Assembly (NCBI GenBank): GCA_048772705.1
Contig: JBLWGC010000180.1
Coordinates: 1 to 64,000, forward strand
DNA: 64,000 nt
Direction of reading: 5' to 3'
Origin: Leidyana gryllorum EB-2025a
Taxonomy: Eukaryota; Protista; Apicomplexa
Notes under the pieces: model-generated
The model's database searches: none
Told to the model about the DNA's origin: nothing
The model's input: the letters and a program-made list of their open reading frames with translations, nothing else
Shown: piece by piece, positions 22,923 through 35,690 of the stretch
Layout: every line of letters begins with the position of its first letter
Numbering within the stretch: the first letter of the stretch is position 1
Program-made: the position numbers and the translations under genes

Positions 22923-24564
22923 ATGGAGAAGGACAAAGGAGGGCCGGAAGCGCGCAGGGAGGTCAGTCGAGCGGAGAATGGTCCCTCAGCGGACAAATCG
23001 GCTGATGTTGACAATCATATTCAAGAAAGTGAGCGAGATGTACTGATTTTCGATTGGGATCAGAAGCTGAGCACATGTTGTTGCTCCTGTCTCTCGTACC
23101 TGATGCAGCTGATCTTAATGGCGGCCTGCGGTTCCTTCTTGTTTGGCTTCAACATTGCCCTCCTCAACACCTCTGTCGCCCATATCATGTGGGAGTTTGG
23201 ATGGTGCGATCTCACCGAGGAAATAACAGGATGTTCAGCTGCGACTAATTATAGTGCATTCATAAATACCTCTGTCTTCATTGGGGCTGCCATCGGATCT
23301 CTCACTGGTGGTTCATTCATGAGCCTTGGGCGCCGAAATATGGTTTTGATCTCAATGGCTATCTTTGTGTTGGGGATCATCGCATCTTGCTGTGCGAACT
23401 CGTTTAGCTCATTGTTGTTCGCGCGGCTAGTTTGCGGCTACGCAGTGGGACTTGTCTCAGTTTGCGTTCCTACTTATATGGCAGAGATCACACCGCCCTC
23501 TGTGCGAGGCAAGTATGCGTCTTACCACCAGCTCTTCGTGACTGGGGGGATCGTCATCGGTACGCTAATTGGACTGCCTCTGGCACTGGTGGACCCCGTG
23601 CCAGAGGGCCTCCCTCCTTCGGGTCAACTTCATCCCGAGATTGCTACTTTTTCCAAGATATGGTGGAGAGTGATGCTGGGTGTGGCTATCTTCCCCGTAA
23701 TACTTGTCACTTACCTTTTGCTCAGAGTCTACACCTTCGAAACGCCTCACTACTACATTGAGAAAGATCACTATGCAGACGCCGAGATGCTCCTGCGGAA
23801 AATCTTGAACAAGGACGATGTCAGCAACGAGTTGCGAGAGATGGCGGATGAGGTGGAGAACGCGAAACGAGCCGCGCTGCAGGGAATGTCTCTGCGTGAG
23901 GCGTTGAGTCGAAAAGAATACCGCTTTGTCATCTTCTACGGGTGTCTTTTTGCTGCATTCCAGCAACTCGTCGGAATCAACGTCTTCATTGCTTCTTCCA
24001 ATGATTTGTTCCTCGAAGCCGGACTCACAGGGCACATGCCGACAGTCTTGACGATTGGTGTAACTTTCTTGAACTGTATCATGGCTCTGCCCGCCATGTT
24101 TGTGATGGATAAAGTGGGTCGACGGCCCTTGATGATTGTTGGGACAGTAATGATGACACTCTGCGTCTTGCCGGGGGCAATTTGCTACTGGGCATTGGAG
24201 GAGGGCTCCAAGGTAACCATGTGGCTCGCTTTGGTTGGCTGCTTTGGGTACATTTTATTCTTTGCCTCGACGTACGGTCCGGTGAACTGGGTTTACCTGT
24301 TCGAGATCTTCCCGGTTGAGATCAAAGATGCCGCCTCTGGGCTGTCGATTGCCTGCAACTGGACGGGTAGTATCATCATGGTTTTCCTCGGAAGCTACTT
24401 GAATAACAGAATCTTATTCACGGTCTTCACAGGTGAGTAGAGGGTGGATTCGTTCAACGTATCTCATAGCAATGTGCGGCATTGGAGCTTTACAAGTGAT
24501 TCTGTGGATGCGCGAGACCAAGGGTCGTGTACTCGGGGACTCGCCCTACATCACTAAAAACTAG
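22923..24564 (+). CDS. Hexose transporter (MFS sugar porter, apicomplexan HT1/GT1-like), copy 1
   Basis: GSFLFGFN, GRR, YMAEITP..RG, HQLF, FETP, QQLVGIN, DKVGRR, YGPV.W, FEIFP, RETKG; intron 24433-24469. Confidence 0.95.
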
Positions 24565-24977
24565 ACCACAACGAGGCCGAAGCACCCGATAGTAGTCCAC
24601 TCTCCAAATATTCACATGGCCGACTAGCTATGGAGATACCGTCACACCGATATTGCAGTTGTAGTGCAACATGGCAGTTTTCGCAGACCTACAGAAGAAT
24701 CCCTCTCACGACAACGCCTACGATCCAGAGAGGGCCACTCACAGCCGACAGACAGTATCTCGGTAGCTGATCAGACAAGGTAGTCTCAATGCCATTCTAG
24801 TGACTGCTCATCCGCAACATCGACAGTGAAAGGTCGAATCAAGAAATTCGTCAGACGGGAAGAAGAACGTGTGTCTTCCATGTCCCACAAGTCATATACG
24901 ATTCACCATTCGAATGAATAAATTGTACTCGTAACTCTCTCTTTCATTTTTCTTCTTGGTTCTCAAGCATCTACAGC

Positions 24978-26673
24978 ATGGATCCAAGTGTCTCTCGTGA
25001 AGGCTCAGAAGTTGGCCGCGCCGAACCGATGCGGGCCGCAGCACCTCCGCCCCCCCCGCCTCCTCATCAACCCCCTCGTGACAAATCTTTCGACAAACCA
25101 GTGGCACTGCCGGGTGAAGTCGGACAGATTGGAGAGAGCGAACGTGATGTTCTGACCTTCGATTGGAACCAGAAGCTTACTTGCGGGTGCTGCTCATGTT
25201 TCTCTTACTTGATGCAATTGGTTCTCTTGGCTTCGTGTGGCTCCTTCCTGTTCGGCTTCAACATCGCCCTTCTCAACACCGCAATTGCTCATATCATGTG
25301 GGAATACGGGTGGTGTGACTTGACAGATGAGATCACTGGCTGTACTGCTGCGACCAACTACAGTGCATTCTTGAACACTTCGATCTTCATCGGAGCTGCC
25401 ATTGGATCGATGACAGGAGGCGTCTTCATGAAGTTCGGCCGTCGTGTTATGATGCTCATGTCCATGGCCATCTTCGTTTTCGGCATAGTTGCGTCCTGCT
25501 GCGCCAATTCCTTCTCCGCTCTGCTGTTCGCCCGTCTTGTTTGCGGATATGCCGTTGGTCTTGTCTCGGTCTGCGTCCCCGCCTACATGTCTGAAGTCAC
25601 CCCTCCCGCGGTTCGGGGAAAGTATGGCGTCTACCATCAGCTGTTCATCACTGTTGGCATTCTTATCGGCACTGTGGTCGGCCTCCCTCTCGCTCTCTCT
25701 GACCCCGTTCCCGACGGACTTCCCGAGAACGGATTGATCCATCCGACGATTGGTACTTTTTCCCAAGTCTGGTGGCGTGTTATGCTTGGCCTTGCCATCC
25801 TTCCGGTCCTTCTCGTCAGCTATCTGTTGATGAAGGTCTACACTTTCGAGACCCCTCACTTCTATATTGAGCAGAATCACTATGCTGATGCTGAGATGCT
25901 ATTGAGAAAGATTCTCAACAAAGCCGAAGTCGCAACTGAATTGAAGGAAATCACCGATGAAATCGAGGCCTCGAAGAGAGCTGCTGCCGCTGGTATGTCT
26001 CTGGGCGCAGCTTGTGGAAGATCGGACTATCGCTTCGTTATCTTCTACGGCTGTCTGCTTTCTGCCTTCCAGCAGTTGGGTGGTATCAATGTCTTTATCG
26101 CCTCCTCAAATGAGCTGTTCGAGGCAGCCGGTTTGGAAGGACATATGCCTACTGTTATGACTGTTGTGATGGCCCTTGTGAACTGTGTCATGACCATCCC
26201 AGCTGTCTACCTCATTGAACGGTTGGGTCGTCGTACTCTCATGGTCATGGGAACAATTTGCATGACTATCTTCGTGCTCCCTGCGACCATCATGTACTGG
26301 GTCGACGAGGATTCGGATGTTACCATGTGGCTCGCAATCGTTGGTTGTCTGGGATACATTGTCTGTTTCGCCTGCACCTATGGACCGATCCTTTGGGTTT
26401 ATCTCTTCGAAATTTATCCGGTTGAGATTAAGGGTTCGGCTGCTGGTCTGGCGACTGCATTCAACTGGATTGCGGGAATCATTATGGTGTTCGTCCAGAA
26501 CTATTTGGAGAACAAAGTACTGTATCTGATCTTCACCAGTAAGTGACTTGGGTAAATCTTTATGTGACACTCTTGCAGTTATGTGTGGCATTGGCGCGGC
26601 CATTGTCATTCTGGGCATGAAAGAGACTAAGGGTCGCGTCCTGGGAGATTCTCCTTTTATCAACAAGAACTGA
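24978..26673 (+). CDS. Hexose transporter, tandem paralogue copy 2
   Basis: Same motifs (QQLGGIN, ERLGRR, KETKG) and same intron position (26539-26578). Confidence 0.95.
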
Positions 26674-27320
26674 GCCCATATTTTTCTGCGGCATGGACAG
26701 GAATCCGTTTTTGGCCTCTGACCGTGCTGCTCTTTGATGAATATGTCTATGCTGTCCGAAGGACTCCTCTTGCGGGCCTCCCATCGATTTTTTTTTCGCT
26801 GAAAGTGTCTCCAACTCGCCTAGGGCCCCAGCGTCGTTCAACGTGGCTCGATGGTTTGACTGATACCAAGTCAAAAATGGACAACCGCAATGTTGGATGA
26901 TAGGACTCTTGAAGGCTCCGATCTCGGCCGCACCAACTCCAATTCTGCATTCTGTAAATTCGCCCTACTGGCTGTCGCGAACTGGCGAGAACTTGGGTAC
27001 GGCTGCACATTTTAGTTCAGACATTGCAGATCAGAGTGCCAGTGGGATCAAATGGTTGAGCGTGGGCGGTTTGGCGGATTCTTTGGTGAATGAATATTGA
27101 ATAGTGAGGTGTTCACCCTTCATCTGCTGTCTTCTGGGTATGCTCTGGAGCGTAGCGCCTGGCCTCAGTCCGAATGGTAGCAAAATTGAGAGGAAGACTT
27201 CATGTCAGTACGAGGGGGCGCAGGACGATGTGAGCTTGAAGGAATGGGGTTATGGCCTGGCATGGTGTGTAACTTTTTAGTGTCGAATGGTAGTGTTGGA
27301 GGTGTAAAAATATCTATACA

Positions 27321-29955
27321 ATGCATCTGCCACCCTGTACTCTCGACCTGGAACTATTTGAGGCGCCCTGGAAGGTTGCGGCTGCCGACACATGGGACCA
27401 GTCCACAGCGGACACAGGGGGTGCGACTCCGCCCAGTCGACAATATAAACAACGTCCGTCGACTCCAGAAGGGCCTTCGTGGCTTGAGTTACACACTTCT
27501 TTTCTATCGTCTGCGGAGCGAGAGTCCACTCCCGGGGCTGGAGATCAACTACGCTCTAGTCAATGCTGGCCCCCTGACCCTGTTCAAGATTTACTCGGGT
27601 TCGGCACTGAGGACACGTGCAATGAGTCTGCCGACCCGGCTGGTGGCTTGCTCCAAGACGACACGCTGATGCTCGCCCTCAAATCGTCTCTTGGCGTTGA
27701 CCAGGATACTGCTTGTCTCCTAGCCTCGCTCCTGTCGCCTGCTGAGACAGACACGTGGACGACCGAATTGACTCACAGAGGTAACGCAGGAAATATTAGC
27801 CTCGATCGCCTCCCCTTCCTGATGAAGCATCGTTTACGGAAGTAGCGCTTATGGTGAATGTCCAGAGGTTGGGTGGGCACGTTACGCGCTCATCCCTTGA
27901 AAAAGATGTGGTCGATGCCGAAGTATGTCGGCAGCTCCTATCGTCCTTGTCCCGTAAAACATGTCACCCTCTGCACCTGGCATCTTTCGACTCCTATGGA
28001 CACCTAAATCTTATTTTAGGCCCCTTCTTCCGCTTCCCATGTTGTGTGACTACTCCTAATGACTTTGCGGCTCATCTATTTTCTCAGTCGACGCGTTCTG
28101 TGAGCCGGAGTGGAAACATGATCATCCCGACCGCTCTGACCGTCTGCACAGCACTTGGAGTTTGACTGGTCCATGTGGCGATGACCAGACCGCTTTGCTG
28201 CCGCCTAAATCTGTTTCTAATAAACCCCCGTTGCGAGCTCGATGTGCTCCCGCTGCTCGCAAAAGACGGCCACGGAATACTAGATCGCCTCCGGCAACCC
28301 GGAAGCGGACGAGCGACAGTAAAGTCATCGAACCTGATGACAATGCTCTGCGCTGGTGTCCAACGTCGCCCACTTCGAGACGTTCAATACGGGAATGCGC
28401 AGATTGGAGCGGTCGTCCACAGTCACATTCCCCACACATTGATATAAAACATTCTGCTCCTTGCACTCGTTCGCGCCTTCTACATGATTTTCGTTGCGGC
28501 CGCGTCACACTCACCGATCTGTTCGGCATTGAACACCATTTGGTAAGTCGACGAGCATTCTGCTAGCGGGAGGGCGCGAGTCAGGACCAGCGGCTGGATC
28601 TATGAAAGTGTATGATGTTTTGCAGCTGGAATTCGCCATGGATCAGTTCGGAGCTCGCTTTATACAGTACCGCCTAGCTTGTTGTCCGCCAGAGGAAGAT
28701 TGGTTCGCGCGGAAGTGTCTCGTGCCGCACACTAAGGCGCTGGTCACCGACGTATTCGGAAACCATATTGTACAGAGATTGCTTGAGACTGGTAAGTAAA
28801 GGTTTCGGGCCGGTGTTTTCAATCTCGACGCGCTCGCTTTCCCCTCAGGGAGTCCATCTCAAAGGCATGAAATCCTCTTACAGCTGCAAGGAGACATACT
28901 CCGATTTGCACTACAATCATACGGCTGCAGAGTGCTCCAGAAAGCATTGGAGGTGAGGGGAAGCGGATTGTGAGATGTCTCACTCTTGTGTTGGTCCGCA
29001 GACTTTGTCCTTGGACGATAAGCTAGCTTTCGTGGCCGAATTGGAGCACCACGTTGTACGATGCGTTGAGGACCAGAATGGAAATCACGTGATACAGAAA
29101 TTCATCGAAAGACTTCCGCCGATGGAAGTTCAATTTATCGTAGAAGCCGTCCGCGGCCAGGTAAGTCGCTCGCTCAGTACATCCACACAGTTCCCTGTGG
29201 CAGGCAACTAGAGTTTCAGTGCACTGCTATGGGTGTAGAGTGATTCAGCGTATCTTGGAGCGTTGCCCCCCTGAGTTGACGGTGAGTTGAGGGATGATCC
29301 TCTTCACAAGGGTGTATGTAGGCTGGACTGTTGGACGAGATTATTGACCGGGTGGTTCGACTTGCCCAAGATCAGTACGGAAACTATGTTGTCCAACATG
29401 TTTTACGGTACGGACGACCTGCTGACAAGGAGTAAGTGGACGCCGAGTGCACTCTCTGAATATATATCTCCTCTACTTCTACTCACAGGGCAATCGTGGA
29501 CACTATCACGGGCAACCTTTTGATGATGTCTTCCCACAAGTTCTCTTCCAATGTGGTAGAGAAGTGTTTGGTCAGCCGTCCGACTCCTGACGCCCGAATG
29601 CGGATTATTCGGGCCGCGTTTGGAGAGGCAGACGACCAGTGAGTCCCCCCCACACTATGCCTTTCGTATTCATTGATCTACAGGCATCCCCCAATCATGC
29701 AGATGGTTCGTGACCGGTATGCGAATTACGTAGTCCAACGCATGTTGGACGTGGCGGCTGATGATGAAGACCACACGTTGAAGGGTCTCCTGCACGAAGT
29801 TATGAGCAGGCTAGAGAAACATATGCCAGCTCTCCGCAAGTTTACTTACGGTGAGAACAGTGAGCGGTGCGGGCCACACCCAGTTGGTAGGCAAACATAT
29901 AGCGGCTGCCATAGAGCGTCTACAGAGAGAGAGTGAAGACGGCCGCTTCGGTTAG
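27321..29955 (+). CDS. Pumilio/PUF RNA-binding protein with 8 PUF repeats (5' exon structure uncertain)
   Basis: Repeats [70 protein letters not shown]; terminal LRKFTYGKHI. Confidence 0.9.
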
Positions 29956-30074
29956 GCGTCCTTTTTGTACAAATGCCATTTGAGTGTGAAGCTAGCGCAA
30001 AGGTGGAATCAAAAACGCAACTTTTTTCGGGAGAGAAGCCGAGCAGGGCGATTTTCCCTACTTTCTAGCTCAGC

Positions 30075-31850
30075 ATGGCCAAGGGTAAGGCTCGTCTCTA
30101 ATGTACCACAACAACCTATGGTGCAGTCCGCTTCCTCACGGCGCTGAAACCCATCCAATCCCTCCTCCCGGAGGTGGCGGCCCCCGACCGACGGGTAAGA
30201 CTCGACGACATCCTCGTGTCGTTGTTTGTGATTTTCTCTGTGTTGCTCGGATTTCGGAGTGGGTGCGGGCTTCGGCTGATCCGGGGAGTTCTCCCGAGCC
30301 GTCTCTGTCTCTGCAAATAATAGAGAGGCACAGAGAGATTCCATGCTGATGTGCTTTCATGATCTACGGACATCCACGTCGTGCAGGTGCCGTTCAAGGA
30401 GCGTTTAATGTGGACGATGATGTCCCTCTTCATATTCTTAGTTTGCTGTCAAATACCCCTGTTCGGCGTCGTAACCTCGAAGAGTTCGGATCCGTTCTAC
30501 TGGGCTAGAGTCATATTGGCCTCAAACAGAGGCACTTTGATGGAGTTGGGTATCTCGCCAATCGTCACTGCCTCCATGCTCATGCAATTGCTGGTCGGTT
30601 CCAAGGTGATAGAGGCAAACCTCAGTCTAAAAGAGGACAGAGCTCTTTTTAATACGGCCCAGAAGTGTGAGTCAAACTCCTCTTTCCACGATCAAATGGT
30701 GCCTGCAGTGTTTGGCTTATTGATCTGCTTGGGAGAAGCAGTCGCATATGTTGCAGCCGGTGCTTACGGAAATGTTGGATTCGTTATGGGTACTATCATT
30801 GTGCTACAGCTCTTCGCTGCTGGTGTAGTGGTTTTGCTACTCGACGAGCTCATGTCAAAGGGTTATGGTCTCGGAGCAGGAATCTCCCTGTTTATCGCAA
30901 CCAACATTTGCGAGAACATCGTGTGGAAAGCTCTCTCACCAACTACTATCAACACCGGCAGGGGCACAGAATTCGAGGGTGCCCTGATCGCCTTGGTACA
31001 TTTGCTAGTGTCAAGGCCAAACAAGCTCTCAGCCCTCCGCGAAGCTTTCTACCGAAGCAATGCTCCAAACTGTACCAATTTGATCGCCACCATCCTGGTC
31101 TTCGTCATCGTCATCTACTTCCAAGGCTTCCGAGTCGACCTTCCGGTGACTAACCAGAAATTCAGAGGACAATCCGGACACTACCCTATCAAGCTGTTCT
31201 ACACATCGAATATCCCAATCATTCTGCAAACTGCTCTGGTGTCGAACTTGTACTTCGTATCTCAGGTTCTCTACCGACGTTTTAGATCCAACTTGGTCGT
31301 CAACCTCTTGGGTCAGTGGCAGGAGACTGAAATCGGGGGTCAGGCAATCCCGATAGGAGGTGCCGCTTACTACATCTCGCCCCCACACACATTTAGAGAC
31401 CTAAGTAAGTATCACCTTTTCACGCTCATCAAAACGTCGCGTCGTCTTTTAGTTGGCGACCCCTTCCACACATTTGTCTACATCGCTTTCGTCCTGGGAT
31501 CTTGCGCTCTTTTCGCAAAGGTGAGTGACGCTCTCCACCACTGTCTTGACGTCTTGTAGACCTGGATCGAGGTTTCTGGGCAGTCGGCGAAGGACGTCGC
31601 GAAGCAGCTGCGGGACCAAAATCTCGTCATCAAAGGGCACAGGGATAACGCTCTGGTCAGTGTCTTGAATCGTTATATTCCCATTGCCGCTGCTTTTGGT
31701 GGCATGTGCATAGGAGCTCTCACCCTGGTGGCGGACTTCTTGGGAGCCATTGGCAGTGGTACAGGCATCTTGCTGGCGGTCACGATCATCTACCAATACT
31801 ACGATGCGCTGATGAAGGAGCGGGCTCATGGCGGGAACTTTCTAATATAG
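30075..31850 (+). CDS. SEC61A: Sec61 translocon alpha subunit
   Basis: [65 protein letters not shown]. Confidence 0.97.
30195..30386 (+). ncRNA. Candidate structured intronic RNA (H/ACA-like) in the 192-nt Sec61alpha intron
   Basis: Intron is about 4x the typical length; gctcgg/ccgagc stem, AAATAA (ANANNA) hinge, then taga-gaggcaca...tgtgctttc-tcta hairpin followed by ACA. Confidence 0.35.
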
Positions 31851-31950
31851 ATTATGCTATTGCTGTTCTGTGCCAGCACTGTTTGTGGGGGAACGGTGTC
31901 ACCAACTCGGGGTTCAGTTCCATAGATGGCCATTGCAATGCAAATAAGTC

Positions 31951-34116
31951 CTATTGTGTTGTCAAATGCGAGGGAGCAGCTGCTTTGATCTCCCCGAATT
32001 GAGGTGGAGGGTAGCCTAGAGCTTGGAAGTCCAGTACTGCGAGTCCTGGACTGGGACCAGCTACCGCAAATAAAGGCTGCTGAGATGCATAACCTGCATA
32101 GTCTTCAGGAACTTGGGAGTAACTGATAGGATATGTTGGTCGGGGTGGGCTCCAAGCCGAAAGAGCCAGTCGCGGGCGTTCGCACTCCTCAAACGTTGTG
32201 TGATGGTAGGCAGGCATGACGTATGTAGTGAAATGTTGTTGAGGGGGACCGCCGTTATCATCACTGATGGGAAGCCCCGGAACAGCATAATGCCGGATTT
32301 CGCCTACGGGAATCCCTTGACATATGTCTGTTGGGTAGTCGGGGGGGAGGGCTCTGCTGGGACGACGAACCGCGGACGGAGCCTCTACACTGATCCCAGT
32401 GTCGATGCTTGATCGGTGGGATGGTGTCACAATACTTGGCTTGCGACCATTCTCCACTCGGCCAGGCGTTCTTGCGGACCAACTGCTCACGCTCACCTCC
32501 GCCTGCGTTCCTCTGCGGCGAGGCGCATGATCCATATGTCGTCCAACGAGGGCAGCCAAAGGATAGGCTTCCGCAGCAGCCGGTTTGGAGTCTGACAGGT
32601 CAATACAGAGCACAGATTGTTTAGACGCACGTCGAGGCGCCTGGAATACGCTACCAGCTCGGACACTATAGCGATCCGCACCGATCGTTGAGCTTCTCCG
32701 ACTGTCCGGCCGTGTCCACGTGTTGGCAACTAGTGAACTGCTGCGGCCGGACGGATTCACATATTTTGGAGTGCTTCTTTCGCTGATCCCATCTTCGTCG
32801 GTCAACACACCATCCTCTCGGTCGCTTTCTTCGTCCTCCTCCGCTTCAACCCCGATTTTATGGTTCACCACTTTCTCTGCCACAGTCGCTGTTCGGGCGG
32901 GAGCAGGCGGAGCGATCACCGTAGGGGGCTTGGTGATCTCCGGTATAGCGCCTTCACTGCTCTGCATTTCGCGAACAGGAGCCAGTGGTCGACTGTAGTC
33001 TTCCGTCTCCCCGGTCTTCTCTCCAGAGGAAAGCCCTCGTTCCCGAACTCGCTGCTGTCGTGACGACACAACAGCAGGTCCGCCTCCACCTCGACGGCCG
33101 CCTCGCGGCGTGAATGTCTCGTATCGACCTCTACCTGATCCGCTGACGGGTCGTACTGTCTCCGGAGATCCTTCCGGACGCCAGACAGGTCGCTGTGCCG
33201 GACTCTTGGCTCCCCTGTTGCCGCCTCTCATGGTCGATTGCGTGTTCATGATGCGAGCCCCCCGAAAGTCTTCTGGGAAGTCGTCCGACATGAAGCTCTG
33301 AGGACGTCGTCCGTAAGATCGGTAGCTCACGTGTGGTGCTGTCGGGCCTTCGTATTGAGGCAATAAAGCTTCGTTGCGTTGATAGTCTTGGCGCTGTCTA
33401 TAGGGCGCCGGTGGGTTGTCCATCGCCAATGTCCGGCTGTCGAAAAAGGAATTGCTATTCGCACCTCGTACCCCCCCTTCGCTGGCGTCGCTTGACTTCC
33501 AAGCCTTATCATACTCCGAAGCGCTTTGCAGCTCGTTATATCCATGCGCATACCTGTCAAAAATAAGGTATACCAGCACTCAGCGGCGTTGAAGAAGGTC
33601 TGAGCATCAGATCCGTTGGTGACATGTCACAAGCACAACAGGCATGAGGCCAGTTCAAGAGCAGCAGCTCACGAAAAGTGCGCCCGCACGTCTCAGATAC
33701 ATAGGGCACAACTGCACGCGAACAAACCACCACACACCACGAGCCGGACAATTGCGAAATTGGAGAGCCAGACATCCGCGAGCAACTCCGCTCTACAATG
33801 CTTACGTGCAGTCGCTGCCTTTGGCACAAGTCTTTGTCGCTGAGTATGCATCACACAGCTTCGTTTTCCGCAGATCTGGCTTCTTTCGCAACTCAGCGTC
33901 ACCATGTGCAAATGTACAATTGGCACTGTTGCAGACTCCCTTCACGTATCGCGTGCACAGACGCGTTTTAGCTGCCACCACGGAGCTTGTCATTGGTCGA
34001 TTGCGTCGTGCCGTGTTCCGGCGTTGACCAGAAATGGGGTAGGCATTTGTATTGGGGTAATAGAGTACGTCATCTCGACCGGGAACGTCGGCTGTCCCTG
34101 GGTAGTGACTGGTCAT
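31951..34116 (-). CDS. Tandem CCCH zinc-finger (ZFP36/TTP-like) RNA-binding protein with long disordered tail
   Basis: KTRLC..C..CTFAHG..ELR and KTKLC..C..CT|YAHG.NEL; second finger is split by a 252-nt intron (33554-33805). Confidence 0.85.
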
Positions 34117-34188
34117 ATCAAATCAGCTGTCACAATATGCGGAGGGAGCATGTAGCTTCGACCAAAGAATGGGATTTTCTAAACCGCA

Positions 34189-34836
34189 TTACGCAACTCG
34201 CTGCTTTTTGCACGATGCTACTGGCCTAGCTGACCCTAACTCAACTTCGGCTCCAGGTTCCTCGCAGCCGCACACAGGACATGTTCTGCTGCCGTTCGTC
34301 TTGACCTCACAGGCGGCCTTCTTCGTGTAGATGCACCCACACTTCCAAGACAGCATAACGGTGGCTGTCCCGTTACATGCAGTGCCACTCAGAGGGCACT
34401 GCAATTGCTTCGCTTTTGGATCCCACTGAGGGAAAGGGGTTTCCACGGAGCTTCGGGTGGGAACTATCTGCGAGATATCCTTGAGCCGTTTGACTCGTTT
34501 GGCAACCTCGGGGGGTAATGATTTCTCCAGTAATCCTTTGACCACAGGTTCCTTGTTATATAGGTATCCGCCTTTATCAGCCACTATTGGGGGCTCTAAG
34601 GGAGCTTCGGTGAGGTTGCATTGTGTGAATCGTAGTCGCCGCCTCTCTTCCTCACTCAGGTGCTCGTCAGCCAGATGAATCTGTGAAGAGGGTTGTGCGG
34701 AAATGCGGTTCTATCTTAATTGACGTACCAAAGTGTTTGGGTCATAGCCCATACCACCGAGATTACGTTTGAACCCATATCCCTTTACGCGAACGACATC
34801 TGCCCGACCTGGTATACTACCACCATCGCCACCCAT
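34189..34836 (-). CDS. RTF2: Replication termination factor 2 (RTF2)
   Basis: MGGDGGSIP.R start; D..GYLYNKE; CPLSG...NG; WKCGCIY; CPVCG. Confidence 0.9.
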
Positions 34837-34887
34837 TTGAGCTTTTGCCACTCCAAAAAACGGTTTGTATATATGTACAAGAAAGCA

Positions 34888-35305
34888 TCAAGCACCATGG
34901 ATACGAAGCTGATCCTCAGTTACAATGTACTCAGTGAGGAGGAAAGTACGCACAGAGTTTCTCTGATCGCCTTGCAGCTGCAGGATAGCTCCGTGCACAG
35001 CATCAGACACTACTGTTCCATTACAATTGTATCGCTGTGGTGCAGAGACAAGTAGTGAGATTGTCCACTGTTGTTGCTCACCTTCTTGAGAGCTCTGACG
35101 ATTTTCTTGGGGTCCAGTCGTGGATCTAAACCTTGGACCGTGGTTACGCACTTCCGACCATTACGTTGTTGCACACGGATATCTACATACAGGTGTGTCA
35201 GTGTCAGACCCAAATGGGAAGCAGCTTACGGATTTGATTGGACCCTGAGGTGCTTTTCTCCGTATGCTCTGCCAAAGAATTAGCAGAAGGGGTGGGTTCA
35301 GCCAT
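34888..35305 (-). CDS. SUI1: Translation initiation factor eIF1 (SUI1)
   Basis: HIRVQQRNGRKCVTTVQG, CNGTVV, LQLQGDQR, LRIHG; two short introns. Confidence 0.95.
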
Positions 35306-35349
35306 TCTCTTTCGAAAAGAAGAAAAAAAAGCTTGCCCCACCGCATGCT

Positions 35350-35670
35350 ATGGCAATCTTTGACGAGTCTGTGAAGTCCATCATTCAGAAAGCTGCTTCG
35401 CAGGCGAACCTGACAGTATGGGAGGAACGAACTTTATTTTTCCATTGTTGGCGATCTGAGCTGCGCACTCTACGCTCGCTCCGCCATGCTACCCAAACAC
35501 AAACTCTTCAGACACTGCTGCCTGGAGGGGAGGCCAACGCGGTTCTGAGTGCAGCTAAATATCTCTTTCCACTACAATTTGGAACCATTGTGTCACCTCC
35601 CACAGTGTCGGGAATCCATTCGGCTGATGGGAAACTTTATGCCTCAGTGTCATACAATGTGGAGAACTAG
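35350..35670 (+). CDS. Hypothetical 106-aa protein
   Basis: ATG-initiated ORF fills the space between eIF1 and the next gene (20-nt spacer); no recognised motif. Confidence 0.5.
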   Translation: MAIFDESVKSIIQKAASQANLTVWEERTLFFHCWRSELRTLRSLRHATQTQTLQTLLPGGEANAVLSAAKYLFPLQFGTIVSPPTVSGIHSADGKLYASVSYNVEN

Positions 35671-35690
35671 GGTGCACTCTGGAGGTGCTG

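Noticed and set aside
23565-26666. Long antisense ORFs opposite the transporters (e.g. 25194-25880) and similar shadow ORFs elsewhere
   Set aside because: Explained by sense-strand codon bias; they contain no motifs.
27185-27260. RNase MRP/P-like snippets (ggaagacttc ... aatggggtta)
   Set aside because: Matches to the CR-I/CR-V consensus are partial and too closely spaced, and no P4 pairing was found.
34866-34879. Pumilio-response element TGTACATA just after the eIF1 stop
   Set aside because: Several such 8-mers are expected by chance in 64 kb, and a single hit is not evidence.
35161-35346. uORF-based autoregulation of eIF1
   Set aside because: The upstream ATG lies in a 44-nt divergent promoter, probably 5' of the TSS, so there is no evidence it is transcribed.
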